Origin: Candidatus Kapaibacterium sp.
GTDB lineage: Bacteria > Bacteroidota > Ignavibacteria > Kapaibacteriales > UBA2268
Assembly: GCA_963665665.1 (NCBI GenBank)
Contig: OY762428.1
Span: 672,001-736,000, forward strand
Reading direction: 5' to 3'
Length of the DNA stretch: 64,000 nt
Made by a program: the position numbers and the translations under genes. Position 1 is the first letter of the stretch. Each line of letters opens with the position of its first letter. Below are positions 53,776 to 63,650 of this stretch, piece by piece. Below the pieces are notes generated by a model. The model worked only from the letters and a program-made list of their open reading frames with translations, ran no database searches and had not been told where the DNA came from.

Positions 53776-53800
53776 AATCACAGGTGTGAAACCTGTGATT
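53776..53800. promoter_or_regulatory. Inverted repeat upstream of the excisionase-like gene (possible operator)
   Basis: AATCACAGGT-GTGAA-ACCTGTGATT, perfect 10-bp arms. Confidence 0.45.
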
Positions 53801-53872
53801 ATGCTCAGTAATTACAATCGTAAATTTGCTCCATAATTATTTTGTTCAACAAAATTAGATGGGGCTTTTTTT

Positions 53873-54166
53873 ATGTCCAGCTCTCTTATTCTAAAAGAAC
53901 TCACCGCAGCCGACCTAAAAGAAATGATGGTTGACGCTGTGAATTCGTGCCTTCAGCAAAGCGAACCGAAAGAATCATCAACCGAAAAGGATGATGATCT
54001 GATTACAATCGAGCAGGCAGCAAAGCTACTGCATATATCCAGGCCCACACTACACAAATGGAAAAAGCAGGGTACAATCCAGCAATACCGATTATGCGGA
54101 CGTGTATATTTCCGCAGGTCTGAAATTTTAAATTCATTAAAAACAATTAAAAGAAAGGAAATCTGA
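53873..54166 (+). CDS. Excisionase-like HTH (HTH_17-type) protein
   Basis: LITIEQAAKLLHISRPTLHKWKKQG...RVYFRRSEI. Confidence 0.88.
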   Translation: MSSSLILKELTAADLKEMMVDAVNSCLQQSEPKESSTEKDDDLITIEQAAKLLHISRPTLHKWKKQGTIQQYRLCGRVYFRRSEILNSLKTIKRKEI

Positions 54167-54168
54167 TT

Positions 54169-56472
54169 ATGAGGTTCATATGCAGTACTAACAGAGGAAT
54201 TATCGATAAATCGTTCAACCGCAATGCAGATATTAGCATGTGGAAGAATGTTGAGCTATCCACCGAAGAACTGAAGCACAACCTGGCTGATGGTTTTGCA
54301 TTCTGCCCGGTTGTATGGAAAGATCCGGCGGCAGGCAGAAGCGAAGATAATTATTCAACGAACCAGATTCTGGCAATTGATATTGACAATGATATTTCTA
54401 TTAACGGGCAAAAGCGAAAAAAACTGGATGAAGAAGGATACTTCAGTTTTGATGATGCCTGTAATGACAGGATGATCAGGCAGAACTCGGTGATGATATA
54501 CACAACTTCCTCCCATACTGATGATCACAACAGGTTCAGGATCATTTTTTCGTTTAACAAGTCTCAATCAAGCAAGGTTTTTTACCAGGATACTTTAAGA
54601 ATGCTCATTCGTAAGTATGACGCTGACCCAAATTGTTCTGATATTGTTAGATTGTTCTATGGTTCCTCTAACGGAAAGTTTCGAATATTTAATAATATAA
54701 TGAGCAAAGATTTTCTTGAAATGCTTAAACATTCCGACCGCTTTGAGAAAAGAAATTCTGCTGAATACACAAAAAAATCAGGCAGATTAATTGATCCGGC
54801 ACAGATTGAGGATATACTTAATACAATACCACCCAATCCGGGATATGATGTATGGTTGAAGATACTATCCGGAATAGGGAATCATCTTGAGGATGATGAG
54901 ATCACTACCGAACTAATTGATAACTGGTCTCCGGATAAGAATCAGGGAACAAACTATAAAGTAAAGCATCGCTTAAGGAAGATCGGAATAGGGACAGTGA
55001 TATATTACGCCCGTATGTATGGCTATGATATATCCACACTGCCCGGCCTGGAGGAACTGACCGAAAAATACCATGAACTTACAGAGATGGGCAATGCCCT
55101 TAGAATATACGACGAATGGCGCGATATTCTGGCATACAATCATACCCGCGACAAGTGGATGATATGGAACGGAAGATATTGGAGCATTGACGAGACATGC
55201 GAACATGAGCAGCTTGCGAAAAGAACAATCCGAAACATCATAAAGATAGAAGCAAAAAAAGAAAAGAACGAAGAAAAGAAGAAAAAAATTCTGAACTGGG
55301 GAAAAAACTCTCAAAAGCGGTCGATATTTACGGCTTCATTGAAATTTGCAAGGACAGAAACTGACTTCGTAACAGTTGAAAAGCACTACAATAGGAATAA
55401 TAACCTGTTCAACCTTGCAAATGGCACTTATGACCTGAAGAACCAACGATTCAAAGACCATAATCGAAAAGACTATATCACCAAATTTGTGGATGTGGAA
55501 TACAAGCCCGAAGAGGATGACGGAATATCCTGGGCCCTCTTCCTGGATACAATTTTCGACGGAAATATTGAGCTTATTGATTTTGTTCAGCGAGCTGTTG
55601 GTTACAGCATGTCCGGCAATATCAGCCATGAGGTTCTTTTCTTCTGTCATGGTAAGGGTAATAACGGAAAATCAATATTCTTTAATGTCCTGGATCACAT
55701 GTTTGGCACTTATGGTGTGAAGATGGATGCATCTACACTGATGCAGAAAAAACAAGATTCAGCTTCAAATGACCTGGCAAGGCTTGTTGGCAGAAGATTT
55801 GCAGTCAGCTCTGAGATTGAAGAGAATAAACGGCTCAATGAATCTCGCGTAAAGAATTTAACCGGCCACGACAAAATCTCAGCCCGCTTTCTCTACCAGG
55901 AGCATTTCGAATTCGTGCCGGTGTTAAAACTTTGGATGTATGGCAACCATAAGCCGGTTATCAGAGGGACAGATGACGGAATTTGGCGCAGGATAATGCT
56001 TATTCCATTCAATGTCAGCATACCAAAGGAAGAACAAAGGCCGGCAGATGAACTTCTTGAAGAATTGTTATCGGAAGAAAGCCAGATTCTGAACTGGATG
56101 CTTGACGGCTATAAGAAATATAAGGCAGTTGGCCTTAATCCTCCCCGGATTGTAAAGATGGCAACAGACGAATACAAGAATGACAGCGATCAGTTGATGG
56201 AATTTATTGAACAAATTTGTAATACTGACGACACAACGAAGTGTATAAAAGTAGCAACTTTATTTAAAGTTTATCAATTCTGGTGCAAAAATAATAGTGA
56301 GTTTTGTATCGGAAAAAAAACATTCGTTAGTCGTATTGAGGAAAAAGGCTTCCCTAAGAAAAAAGGAGCACACAATTATCCGGAATTCAAGGGAATTTCT
56401 ATTCGCCAGGAAGTGATTGACCAGATGAACCAGCAATCCGACAAGAATAATGATGACAAACTGAAATTCTAA
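54169..56472 (+). CDS. Phage/plasmid primase-helicase, P4 family (primase-like N-terminus, PriCT-2, D5-type SF3 helicase)
   Basis: YDVWLKI...GIGTVIYYAR, LTEMGNALR, GKGNNGKS Walker A, DDGIWRR. Confidence 0.9.
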   Translation: MRFICSTNRGIIDKSFNRNADISMWKNVELSTEELKHNLADGFAFCPVVWKDPAAGRSEDNYSTNQILAIDIDNDISINGQKRKKLDEEGYFSFDDACNDRMIRQNSVMIYTTSSHTDDHNRFRIIFSFNKSQSSKVFYQDTLRMLIRKYDADPNCSDIVRLFYGSSNGKFRIFNNIMSKDFLEMLKHSDRFEKRNSAEYTKKSGRLIDPAQIEDILNTIPPNPGYDVWLKILSGIGNHLEDDEITTELIDNWSPDKNQGTNYKVKHRLRKIGIGTVIYYARMYGYDISTLPGLEELTEKYHELTEMGNALRIYDEWRDILAYNHTRDKWMIWNGRYWSIDETCEHEQLAKRTIRNIIKIEAKKEKNEEKKKKILNWGKNSQKRSIFTASLKFARTETDFVTVEKHYNRNNNLFNLANGTYDLKNQRFKDHNRKDYITKFVDVEYKPEEDDGISWALFLDTIFDGNIELIDFVQRAVGYSMSGNISHEVLFFCHGKGNNGKSIFFNVLDHMFGTYGVKMDASTLMQKKQDSASNDLARLVGRRFAVSSEIEENKRLNESRVKNLTGHDKISARFLYQEHFEFVPVLKLWMYGNHKPVIRGTDDGIWRRIMLIPFNVSIPKEEQRPADELLEELLSEESQILNWMLDGYKKYKAVGLNPPRIVKMATDEYKNDSDQLMEFIEQICNTDDTTKCIKVATLFKVYQFWCKNNSEFCIGKKTFVSRIEEKGFPKKKGAHNYPEFKGISIRQEVIDQMNQQSDKNNDDKLKF

Positions 56473-56473
56473 T

Positions 56474-56588
56474 TACTATCTTTGTTATCCATTGTGATAC
56501 TTTTGACCAAACTCCCCTATAGGGAATATTAAAAAATCTCTATATAACAGTTTAGTAAAAAACGTCACCAAAAGTAACAAAGATAGTA
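56474..56588. other. Inverted repeat after the primase gene, candidate replication origin
   Basis: TACTATCTTTGTTA (56474-56487) and TAACAAAGATAGTA (56575-56588) around an AT-rich spacer. Confidence 0.45.
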
Positions 56589-56752
56589 CAAGACAGCATA
56601 ATTTTTCCAGAAAATAACAATCCGGGCCCGGATTTTCGATTTAACTAAGCTTTTCAACCCGCTTTTTTAAAAAGCAGGACGGGAAGGTATGTGCGTAAAG
56701 TTCGTAAAAAATCAATTTATAAATCAGGAGTTAACAATGGCCAACGATGTTA

Positions 56753-57283
56753 CTATAATTTTTTGTATTCGTTAAAAAACTGTCTGAACATCCGGCACAA
56801 TGAAATATTTTCATTGTCATTTTTATTAAGTTGCTTGCAGTGATCATCATTGCTTGCAATTAATTTCTTCACCATCTCTTCAAAATTTTTATTAAACTTA
56901 GTATCTTTTGAAATAATCTGCCAGGCATCACGAAATGCCTTTTTCGTCAGTGCATATTTCATTCCACCCTTCCATATATCGAAAATATCTTCTGTTATAT
57001 AGCATTTATCACGAAGATCAAATTCCTCACTGCAAAGATCGAAATATACTCTCATGTATCTCATTGTTTTATCATGAGTTCCTTCATTATATTTTTCATC
57101 TAAAATATTGAAATCAAAATCTGACTGATTTATATTTTCAGGAAAATTTAAAATAATCTCCTGATAACGTTTTGTATAATCCGCGAAAATTTGAATTTGG
57201 AGCTGTTTTTTATAGCTTCGAATCGTATAAACAAGTGCAGCTAATGCTACTAATAAGGCTCCAAGCTGTATCCAGTCACTCAT
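56753..57283 (-). CDS. Hypothetical protein with one N-terminal transmembrane helix
   Basis: IQLGALLVALAALVYTI then a soluble helical domain (YFDLCSEEF...W). Confidence 0.7.
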   Translation of the reverse strand: MSDWIQLGALLVALAALVYTIRSYKKQLQIQIFADYTKRYQEIILNFPENINQSDFDFNILDEKYNEGTHDKTMRYMRVYFDLCSEEFDLRDKCYITEDIFDIWKGGMKYALTKKAFRDAWQIISKDTKFNKNFEEMVKKLIASNDDHCKQLNKNDNENISLCRMFRQFFNEYKKL

Positions 57284-57362
57284 ATCATGTCTTTCAAAGT
57301 AAAATATTTATGTTTGCTTTCGATATAGATAATATATTTGCTTGTCGGTTATGCTTTTCATT

Positions 57363-58889
57363 TCATTCCCCTTCATTCCCGTTTATGGTTTCCATTATCT
57401 CTTTGAAGCTTGCCAGCCCCGATTCAATGTTTTCTATTATTTCGGCTGCCAGAATATCCGGATCGGGAAGGTTATCCAGGTCGGTCAGGCTTTTGTCCTT
57501 CAGCCAGAAAATATCCAAATTGGTTTTATCTCTTGCAAGTATTTCTTCATAGCTGAATTTGCGCCATCTGCCTTCAGGGTTCTCCTCGCTCCATGTGTCT
57601 TTTCTTTTGTGGCGGTTTTCCGGATTGTAACATTTTACAAAATCTTCCAGATCCGCGGTTGTCATCTGCTTTTTCTTCAGTGTGTGGTGCACGTTGGTGC
57701 GGTAATCGTAAAACCATATTTCTTTAGTATGAGCTTCTTTACTCGCGGCTCTATTATCGAAGAAAAGAACATTCGCTTTCACGCCATGTGCATAGAACAA
57801 GCCGGTTGGCAAGCGTAAAATAGTATGCAGATCAGCAGTCATCATTAATTGTTTGCGTACTTCTTCGCCTGCGCCGCCTTCGAACAATACATTATCAGGA
57901 AGCACTACTGCCGCCTGGCCGGTTACTTTCAGCATGGTTTTGATATGCTGTAAAAAGTTCAATTGCTTGTTGGATGTGGTTTCCCAGAAATCCTGTCTGT
58001 TGTATGTCAGATCTTCTTTTTCTGCTTCGCCTTCAGCGTTGGTAACAGTGTAGCTGCTTTTCTTGCCGAAAGGGGGATTTGCAAGCACGTAATCGTATCG
58101 GCTGCCGTCGTCGGCTACTAAGGCATCGTTTGAAGATACAAAACTATCTCCGCCCATTTCGCCTATGTTATGCAGGTACATATTCATCAGGCACAAGCGC
58201 CGGGTATTGGCTACAATTTCGTTGCCATAGAATGTACTGTTTTTCAGAAACTCTTTTTCATCACGGTCGAGCTGGTTGTTTGTAGTTATCCAGTCGTATG
58301 AAGCCAAGAAGAAACCGCCAGTGCCGCAGGCAGGATCGGCTATTGTCTTCATTGGTTTTGGCCGGACACATGCAACCATCGTCTTGATCAGGGCACGTGG
58401 AGTAAAGTATTGTCCGGCGCCGGATTTTGTATCCTCAGCATTCTTTTCCAACAGGCCTTCGTAAATTTTGCCCTTTATATCGGCTCCCATCAATGACCAT
58501 TCTTCCTGGTCAATCATATTGATTACACGCAAAAGCTTGGCCGGATCCTGAATTTTATTCTGGCTTTTGGTAAATATTTGACCCAGCATACCTTTTTCGG
58601 TACTCAGGCTGCGTAAAAGCTGTACATAAAACGATTCCAGTTCTGCGCCGCGTTTCGCCGCCAATGTTTCCCAATCGCATAGCTCGCTGTTTTCTATTTC
58701 ATTTCCTTCAACATCTTTCAACCTGGGGAATTTTAAGCCTTTGCTATATGGTGGTTTATTTAATTCATCCGCCATTTTAAGGAAAAGTAGATATGTGATT
58801 TGTTCTAAATAATCACCGTATCCAACCCCATCATCACGCAGTACATTCGCGAGGTTCCATATTTTTGATATTATTGCTGTATCTGACAT
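57363..58889 (-). CDS. hsdM: Type I restriction-modification methyltransferase
   Basis: GQYFTPR, DPACGTGGF, ANPPFG, LPDNVLF. Confidence 0.95.
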   Translation of the reverse strand: MSDTAIISKIWNLANVLRDDGVGYGDYLEQITYLLFLKMADELNKPPYSKGLKFPRLKDVEGNEIENSELCDWETLAAKRGAELESFYVQLLRSLSTEKGMLGQIFTKSQNKIQDPAKLLRVINMIDQEEWSLMGADIKGKIYEGLLEKNAEDTKSGAGQYFTPRALIKTMVACVRPKPMKTIADPACGTGGFFLASYDWITTNNQLDRDEKEFLKNSTFYGNEIVANTRRLCLMNMYLHNIGEMGGDSFVSSNDALVADDGSRYDYVLANPPFGKKSSYTVTNAEGEAEKEDLTYNRQDFWETTSNKQLNFLQHIKTMLKVTGQAAVVLPDNVLFEGGAGEEVRKQLMMTADLHTILRLPTGLFYAHGVKANVLFFDNRAASKEAHTKEIWFYDYRTNVHHTLKKKQMTTADLEDFVKCYNPENRHKRKDTWSEENPEGRWRKFSYEEILARDKTNLDIFWLKDKSLTDLDNLPDPDILAAEIIENIESGLASFKEIMETINGNEGE

Positions 58890-58939
58890 ATTATATTCTG
58901 TTTATATTTTTATTTAGTAGTTTTTTTCATCTTCCCTGA

Positions 58940-59647
58940 TCAAAGAAATGATACTTCCCGATACATGATAATCAAATCTCTTGATCTGATTGTTGCTTTA
59001 TATGTATCCTCTCCTAAGTAAGCAGCATTGATGCGTCGCATAAAGGTGTAAAAATCTTTTTTATTATCGCAGCCTTTTTCAAAATTATATTCCTCGGTTT
59101 TAAAAATCAGGATAAGCAGAACATTGATATTTGCATCTGAGATAGTGCCAACAGTTGAGTAAAGAAATTGATAACGCAAATTAAAATCTTCTTCCGTTAC
59201 CCGGTTCAAATTTTCTTTTAGCAGATTTTCGATTCTTTCAGGAGCATTTGTACTCTTGCCATTTAATTCATTAACTTTTGCTTTATGATAAACAGTGGCC
59301 ACAGTGTCTCCGAATGGTTCGTCAACTTTTGCCTCAAGCCCGATAAAAATTGATTGATTTGATTCTGTTTTGCCCCATATACCTAAATCATGTTCTCTGC
59401 CGTGACCGAATTCATCAAAACGAACTTCATATTCGATTTCGGCTTTATCTAATACAACCTTTGTTTGAAGGGCATCAGATAACATTGTCTCTAATCGAGA
59501 TATTCCATTTCTATTTAGAATAAAATCAGCAAGGGAGTACGAGCTTCGATATTTCTTCCAGTGTTTTCTTTTTTTACCACTTGTAAAAGCAGCATTTTTC
59601 CAATCATCAATGTTTTTTATTTCAAGGTTTCTGTATTCAATTTTCAT
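58940..59647 (-). CDS. Putative PD-(D/E)XK nuclease-like protein (DUF6946-like)
   Basis: HWKKYRSSYSLA and GREHDL...IGLEAKVDEPFG; ATGA overlap with the hsdS stop. Family name from memory. Confidence 0.6.
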   Translation of the reverse strand: MKIEYRNLEIKNIDDWKNAAFTSGKKRKHWKKYRSSYSLADFILNRNGISRLETMLSDALQTKVVLDKAEIEYEVRFDEFGHGREHDLGIWGKTESNQSIFIGLEAKVDEPFGDTVATVYHKAKVNELNGKSTNAPERIENLLKENLNRVTEEDFNLRYQFLYSTVGTISDANINVLLILIFKTEEYNFEKGCDNKKDFYTFMRRINAAYLGEDTYKATIRSRDLIIMYREVSFL

Positions 59648-60903
59648 TTCTTTTTCTCCTTTTTAATCCTTTCCAGCAGCACGCTTGCTGGTTCATAATC
59701 TGCTTCTTGTTTGCATTTTTCTATTTCTTCTTCACTTAATAGTTTTCCTTCAAATGCTTTTTTTAGAATGCTTTGGCGCAGGGCTTCTGATTTTTCTAAT
59801 GCTTCTGCTATGCTTTGTTCTACCTTGTCGCATACGGACAGGCGTGATTCGATTTCTTTGACTATTTGGTGCTGTAAATTTACAGGTGGTAACTTTAACT
59901 CCAAGTTGAGAAAGCGATTTTGCGTTAAATTCACACCACTATCATTACCGCCAGTTTTAATCTCTTCAATTTTAGTAAGAAATTCAGATGAATTCATATT
60001 ATACATAAAATAATCATTTAGTATATTATCAGATAAACGAAGACGATATACTTTATCACAATTGATAAGTTTTGGTCTTGTTTTCTTAATAAGGCAACAT
60101 ACGCCAACCCTGTTTCTTGGACCAGCTCGAGTAATTAAAATATCGCCATACTTAATTTCATGTTGTTTTCTTGGTTCTAAATTCTCAGGTAAAACTTTGT
60201 TTTCATTTTCATTAAAAAATCCATGTTGAATCGAAGAGGTTTTAATAACTGCCCATTCCTCATCATTTGTTGAACTCATATTCTTACATTTAGGACTCCA
60301 ACCCTGTGATAATTCATCAACAACACTTTTCAGTTCTACAATCTCCCATTCCCCCTCAAAAGCCTTTTTAAGCACTGCCTGACGGTATATCTTCAGTTGT
60401 TCCTGTGCTTTTTTTAGGTCTGCAATACCTTTATCGAGCGAGGCTAAGAGGTTCTCGATTTTTGTAACTATTGCCCGCTGGATGGGGAGGGGAGGGAGAG
60501 GGAAATACTGTTTTTCAATATGTTGATAATGTCTTGCATAACCTTTATCTTTTATTTTAAAAACAAGAATTTCAGTTAATAATGCAATATACTTGGGAAT
60601 TAATCCATTTTTAGGTTCTAATACTTTTGTTCCATCAGCACCTGGAGCAAAATGAAAATCAATGAGTTTGATTCTTTTGGTATGATCACCAAATATAATT
60701 ACCGGCAAACGACAATTTAAAATCCTATTTTCATCTTCTGTATATCCTCCTATGGTAGATTGACCTTGATCTACAACAGGAATTCTCCCGGATTGTAAAT
60801 AATCTTTTTGTTTCAGCTTGGTTTTTGTTGTAGATACTTTATAAACAGCATCCTTGTATAGTATCTCTACCCAATCTTCAGATATTATATTTTTATTTGT
60901 CAT
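59644..60903 (-). CDS. hsdS: Type I restriction-modification specificity subunit (ATG 60903 preferred)
   Basis: Two target-recognition domains; PLPPLPIQRAIV and LPPVNLQHQIV; RQAVLKKAFEG / RQSILKKAFEG. Confidence 0.93.
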   Translation of the reverse strand: MTNKNIISEDWVEILYKDAVYKVSTTKTKLKQKDYLQSGRIPVVDQGQSTIGGYTEDENRILNCRLPVIIFGDHTKRIKLIDFHFAPGADGTKVLEPKNGLIPKYIALLTEILVFKIKDKGYARHYQHIEKQYFPLPPLPIQRAIVTKIENLLASLDKGIADLKKAQEQLKIYRQAVLKKAFEGEWEIVELKSVVDELSQGWSPKCKNMSSTNDEEWAVIKTSSIQHGFFNENENKVLPENLEPRKQHEIKYGDILITRAGPRNRVGVCCLIKKTRPKLINCDKVYRLRLSDNILNDYFMYNMNSSEFLTKIEEIKTGGNDSGVNLTQNRFLNLELKLPPVNLQHQIVKEIESRLSVCDKVEQSIAEALEKSEALRQSILKKAFEGKLLSEEEIEKCKQEADYEPASVLLERIKKEKKK

Positions 60904-61813
60904 TATCGTTATCTTTCTTTTCAGAAAATAGATCATAATTTTGAGGATGGGGTCTTAATATTGTTAAATATTCAGGAAATTTTTCAAATACTTTTTGAAC
61001 GAACCTTGTAGTATTTATATATTTATTCTCTGTGCCTTTTGGTACGCTATAATTCTTAATAAGAGAATAATATACACCCAGGGCATTTAACATCGGATCG
61101 ATATTATCTTCCGGCAATGTACCCTGTGTGGCTAATGACACAGGCCAATTAATAATCCACCCGGGGATCTGGTTGTTTTTCAACGGTATGATCGAAGACA
61201 AAAATAATTTTTGAAAAACCTTTTTGTTAAATATTTGAGAATCAATCAAATCAGTTTGTAATTTTGAATTAACATCATTCAAATAATTAGTAAACTTCGG
61301 GGTTGAAATTGCGCCCATAAGGTCTGGTTGTTCATACCATGCGGAACAATCATTTATTGCTTCTCCGAAAAAGAAATTTTTCTCATATTCATAATAATTC
61401 CCGTAAGACAAAGCCCCTCTGAATAGCATATGGTTCACAAATGAGATAGAAATATAATACTGAACTATTGTCCCAAAATAATTTAAATATTTTACCAAAT
61501 TATCTTCCTGTCCCACATCTAATGTAATAATAACTGTGTCCTGAAAAATAAAGAAATCAGGTTGAATTATTTCAACATCTTTGCCCAAGGTATCAATTTG
61601 GGCTAACATTTGGTGAAAGTCTTTATTCGAAATCATCTCTTTAACAAAAATATGGGATATCAGAAACTGCTTAATTTCATCAAAATTTGCATTTTTTGTA
61701 CCAAGAGCATCTAATATGGCAACAAAACCGTATCTACTCTTTATTTTTTCTTCTTTTACTAAATCAATAACAGTTTCTGTATGGCTATTCTTATCAATTA
61801 ATATTTTTTCCAT
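60893..61813 (-). CDS. Class III nucleotidyl cyclase-like protein
   Basis: VAILDALG, FQDTVII, FRGALSYG, FGEAIND motifs. Confidence 0.6.
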   Translation of the reverse strand: MEKILIDKNSHTETVIDLVKEEKIKSRYGFVAILDALGTKNANFDEIKQFLISHIFVKEMISNKDFHQMLAQIDTLGKDVEIIQPDFFIFQDTVIITLDVGQEDNLVKYLNYFGTIVQYYISISFVNHMLFRGALSYGNYYEYEKNFFFGEAINDCSAWYEQPDLMGAISTPKFTNYLNDVNSKLQTDLIDSQIFNKKVFQKLFLSSIIPLKNNQIPGWIINWPVSLATQGTLPEDNIDPMLNALGVYYSLIKNYSVPKGTENKYINTTRFVQKVFEKFPEYLTILRPHPQNYDLFSEKKDNDNDK

Positions 61814-62152
61814 TTATGGTTTTCTTACATTCACTTCAACAATAATTTCTTTTGGTAATTAATCAAATAATTCAAAATTTTCCTTGTTTTTCATCGTTTA
61901 AATATATAGATTTAAACATCTCATCAACCACGAGTTGAAAGAGAAAAGAAGCCGTCCTGATTAATCATGGCGGTTTTGGCTTTTAAAGGCCTCGTATTCT
62001 TTCAATAATTTTCTTTCCAAATAAATAGTTCTTGCATTTTATCGTCAATTATTATAGATTAGATAATAACTCTGTTTCGACCGAATCCTAACGTTATGCG
62101 TCAGGGGTATATGTAGGTCAAATGGGGTTATTTTTTTTGTAATTTTTTAAAA

Positions 62153-63238
62153 TTACCACAATTCCACTTTCTTTATATACTCCGTTCCCTCATTGAACTC
62201 AATCAATTTCCTGTGCTGCAAACGCCCGACAATAACAGCAGGATGTGTATTGAATTTCTTCGCGAATTCAAGAATATCTTCATCTGTCAATTCATCCCTG
62301 CTTACAATTTCCATTTCTTCTTCTTCCTTCAGTAGCCAGTCGGCGGCAAATTTATCGGCTTCCCGCTCTTTCTTTTCATCTTTGTCTTTATGGTTCTCAC
62401 TTTCAAGGAATATATCCTTTTTCCCATGCAGAAGGATATGTCCCGCTTCGTGGAAAAATGTAAACCAGAAAATATCATTTCTCCTGTACCTGCCGGACAG
62501 TTGTATAAGCGGCGTGTCGTTTATCCATCTTGTACAACCGCTAATTGGGGCTTTGGGAAGGCAAGGTGTGAAAACTGTTTTAACACCGGCATCTAAACAA
62601 TAGTTCTGCAATTTTGTAAAGAAGTCATCGGGATGCCGAGCCATCAATGATTTAAATTTTTTCAAAGCGGTTTTGAATTTACTTTGATTGTATTCAGGAG
62701 CTTCTATTTCTTTCGACAACAGATCGCCCTGACGCAGCCAGGCAGAAACTGAATGTGCTTCTTTTGTATGTTTCAGTGATATACGAAACGCTAATTTCAG
62801 TTTTTCTTCATAATAATAGTTCTCCCATGCTTTATGGGAAGAAAAGCTGAAAAACTTCAACAAATATTCTGCTTTCTCTTCAATTTTTCGCGTTGCAGGC
62901 AAGCCAAATAATTTAGCCATATCAGGATACGGAAAACTTTTTGCCCATTCCACTGCCTCGGTAATAGCTTGCTTGAAATTTTGTTTTGCAACCGCTTCAT
63001 TATATTTCTGCTGGTAATTCAACCAAAAATGAGCAGGGATATTCAACACATTTTCAAATTTTACTGCCATATCAGGCGTAATAGCACTTTGGCAATTAAG
63101 GATTGCAGTGATAGTCTTTTCAGGTTTTCCGGTTCTGACAGCAAATTCTTTCGGCCCCATCTCTAGTTCCGCCAGTTTTTCCCTCAGTGTTAATCCGGGA
63201 TGAGTAAATGATTCGGGACTATATTCGCTCTTCATCAT
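62153..63238 (-). CDS. higA: HigA-type HTH antitoxin fused to an ImmA/IrrE metallopeptidase
   Basis: HPGLTLRE...AITPDMA...FWLNYQ plus FFHEAGHILLH and EREADKFA. Confidence 0.88.
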   Translation of the reverse strand: MMKSEYSPESFTHPGLTLREKLAELEMGPKEFAVRTGKPEKTITAILNCQSAITPDMAVKFENVLNIPAHFWLNYQQKYNEAVAKQNFKQAITEAVEWAKSFPYPDMAKLFGLPATRKIEEKAEYLLKFFSFSSHKAWENYYYEEKLKLAFRISLKHTKEAHSVSAWLRQGDLLSKEIEAPEYNQSKFKTALKKFKSLMARHPDDFFTKLQNYCLDAGVKTVFTPCLPKAPISGCTRWINDTPLIQLSGRYRRNDIFWFTFFHEAGHILLHGKKDIFLESENHKDKDEKKEREADKFAADWLLKEEEEMEIVSRDELTDEDILEFAKKFNTHPAVIVGRLQHRKLIEFNEGTEYIKKVELW

Positions 63239-63241
63239 GTT

Positions 63242-63583
63242 TCACCTTTTTTTATGATAGTCCGTAATTTCAATTATTTCGACAGCCACAATTTCAATCC
63301 AGATATATTTTCCATCCGGATCTGTAGGTATAGGCTTTTCTCTTGGTTCAAAAATCAACCTGTAAGGTTGATCCAGATCACAAGCCCATTGCCCTTTTCT
63401 ATTATCTGTCAATTCATGATATTTACCCGGCAGAAAACGAACATCTTCAAGATTTTCAGCGACATCTAACTGGTCAAGGCGTAATTTATACAAATCGCTA
63501 CGTCTTTGACCAAGCTTTGCTCTACTTTTCTTGTCGTTGTTGGCATATTGTTCCAACTTCTTATCTGCAAAAGTAATAATCAT
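63242..63583 (-). CDS. higB: HigB/RelE-like toxin
   Basis: GKYHELTDNRKGQWACDLDQPYRLIF...DYH; directly upstream of higA. Confidence 0.85.
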   Translation of the reverse strand: MIITFADKKLEQYANNDKKSRAKLGQRRSDLYKLRLDQLDVAENLEDVRFLPGKYHELTDNRKGQWACDLDQPYRLIFEPREKPIPTDPDGKYIWIEIVAVEIIEITDYHKKR

Positions 63584-63650
63584 ATCTGTACAAATATACG
63601 AAATTAATTTACATATAGTGTTAATTATTTTAAATCACAGATTAATATTC

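Noticed and set aside
61814-62152. Pseudogene remnant or integron attC-like site (CATAACGTTAGG on the minus strand)
   Set aside because: Only short broken frames and no paired attC boxes; evidence too thin.
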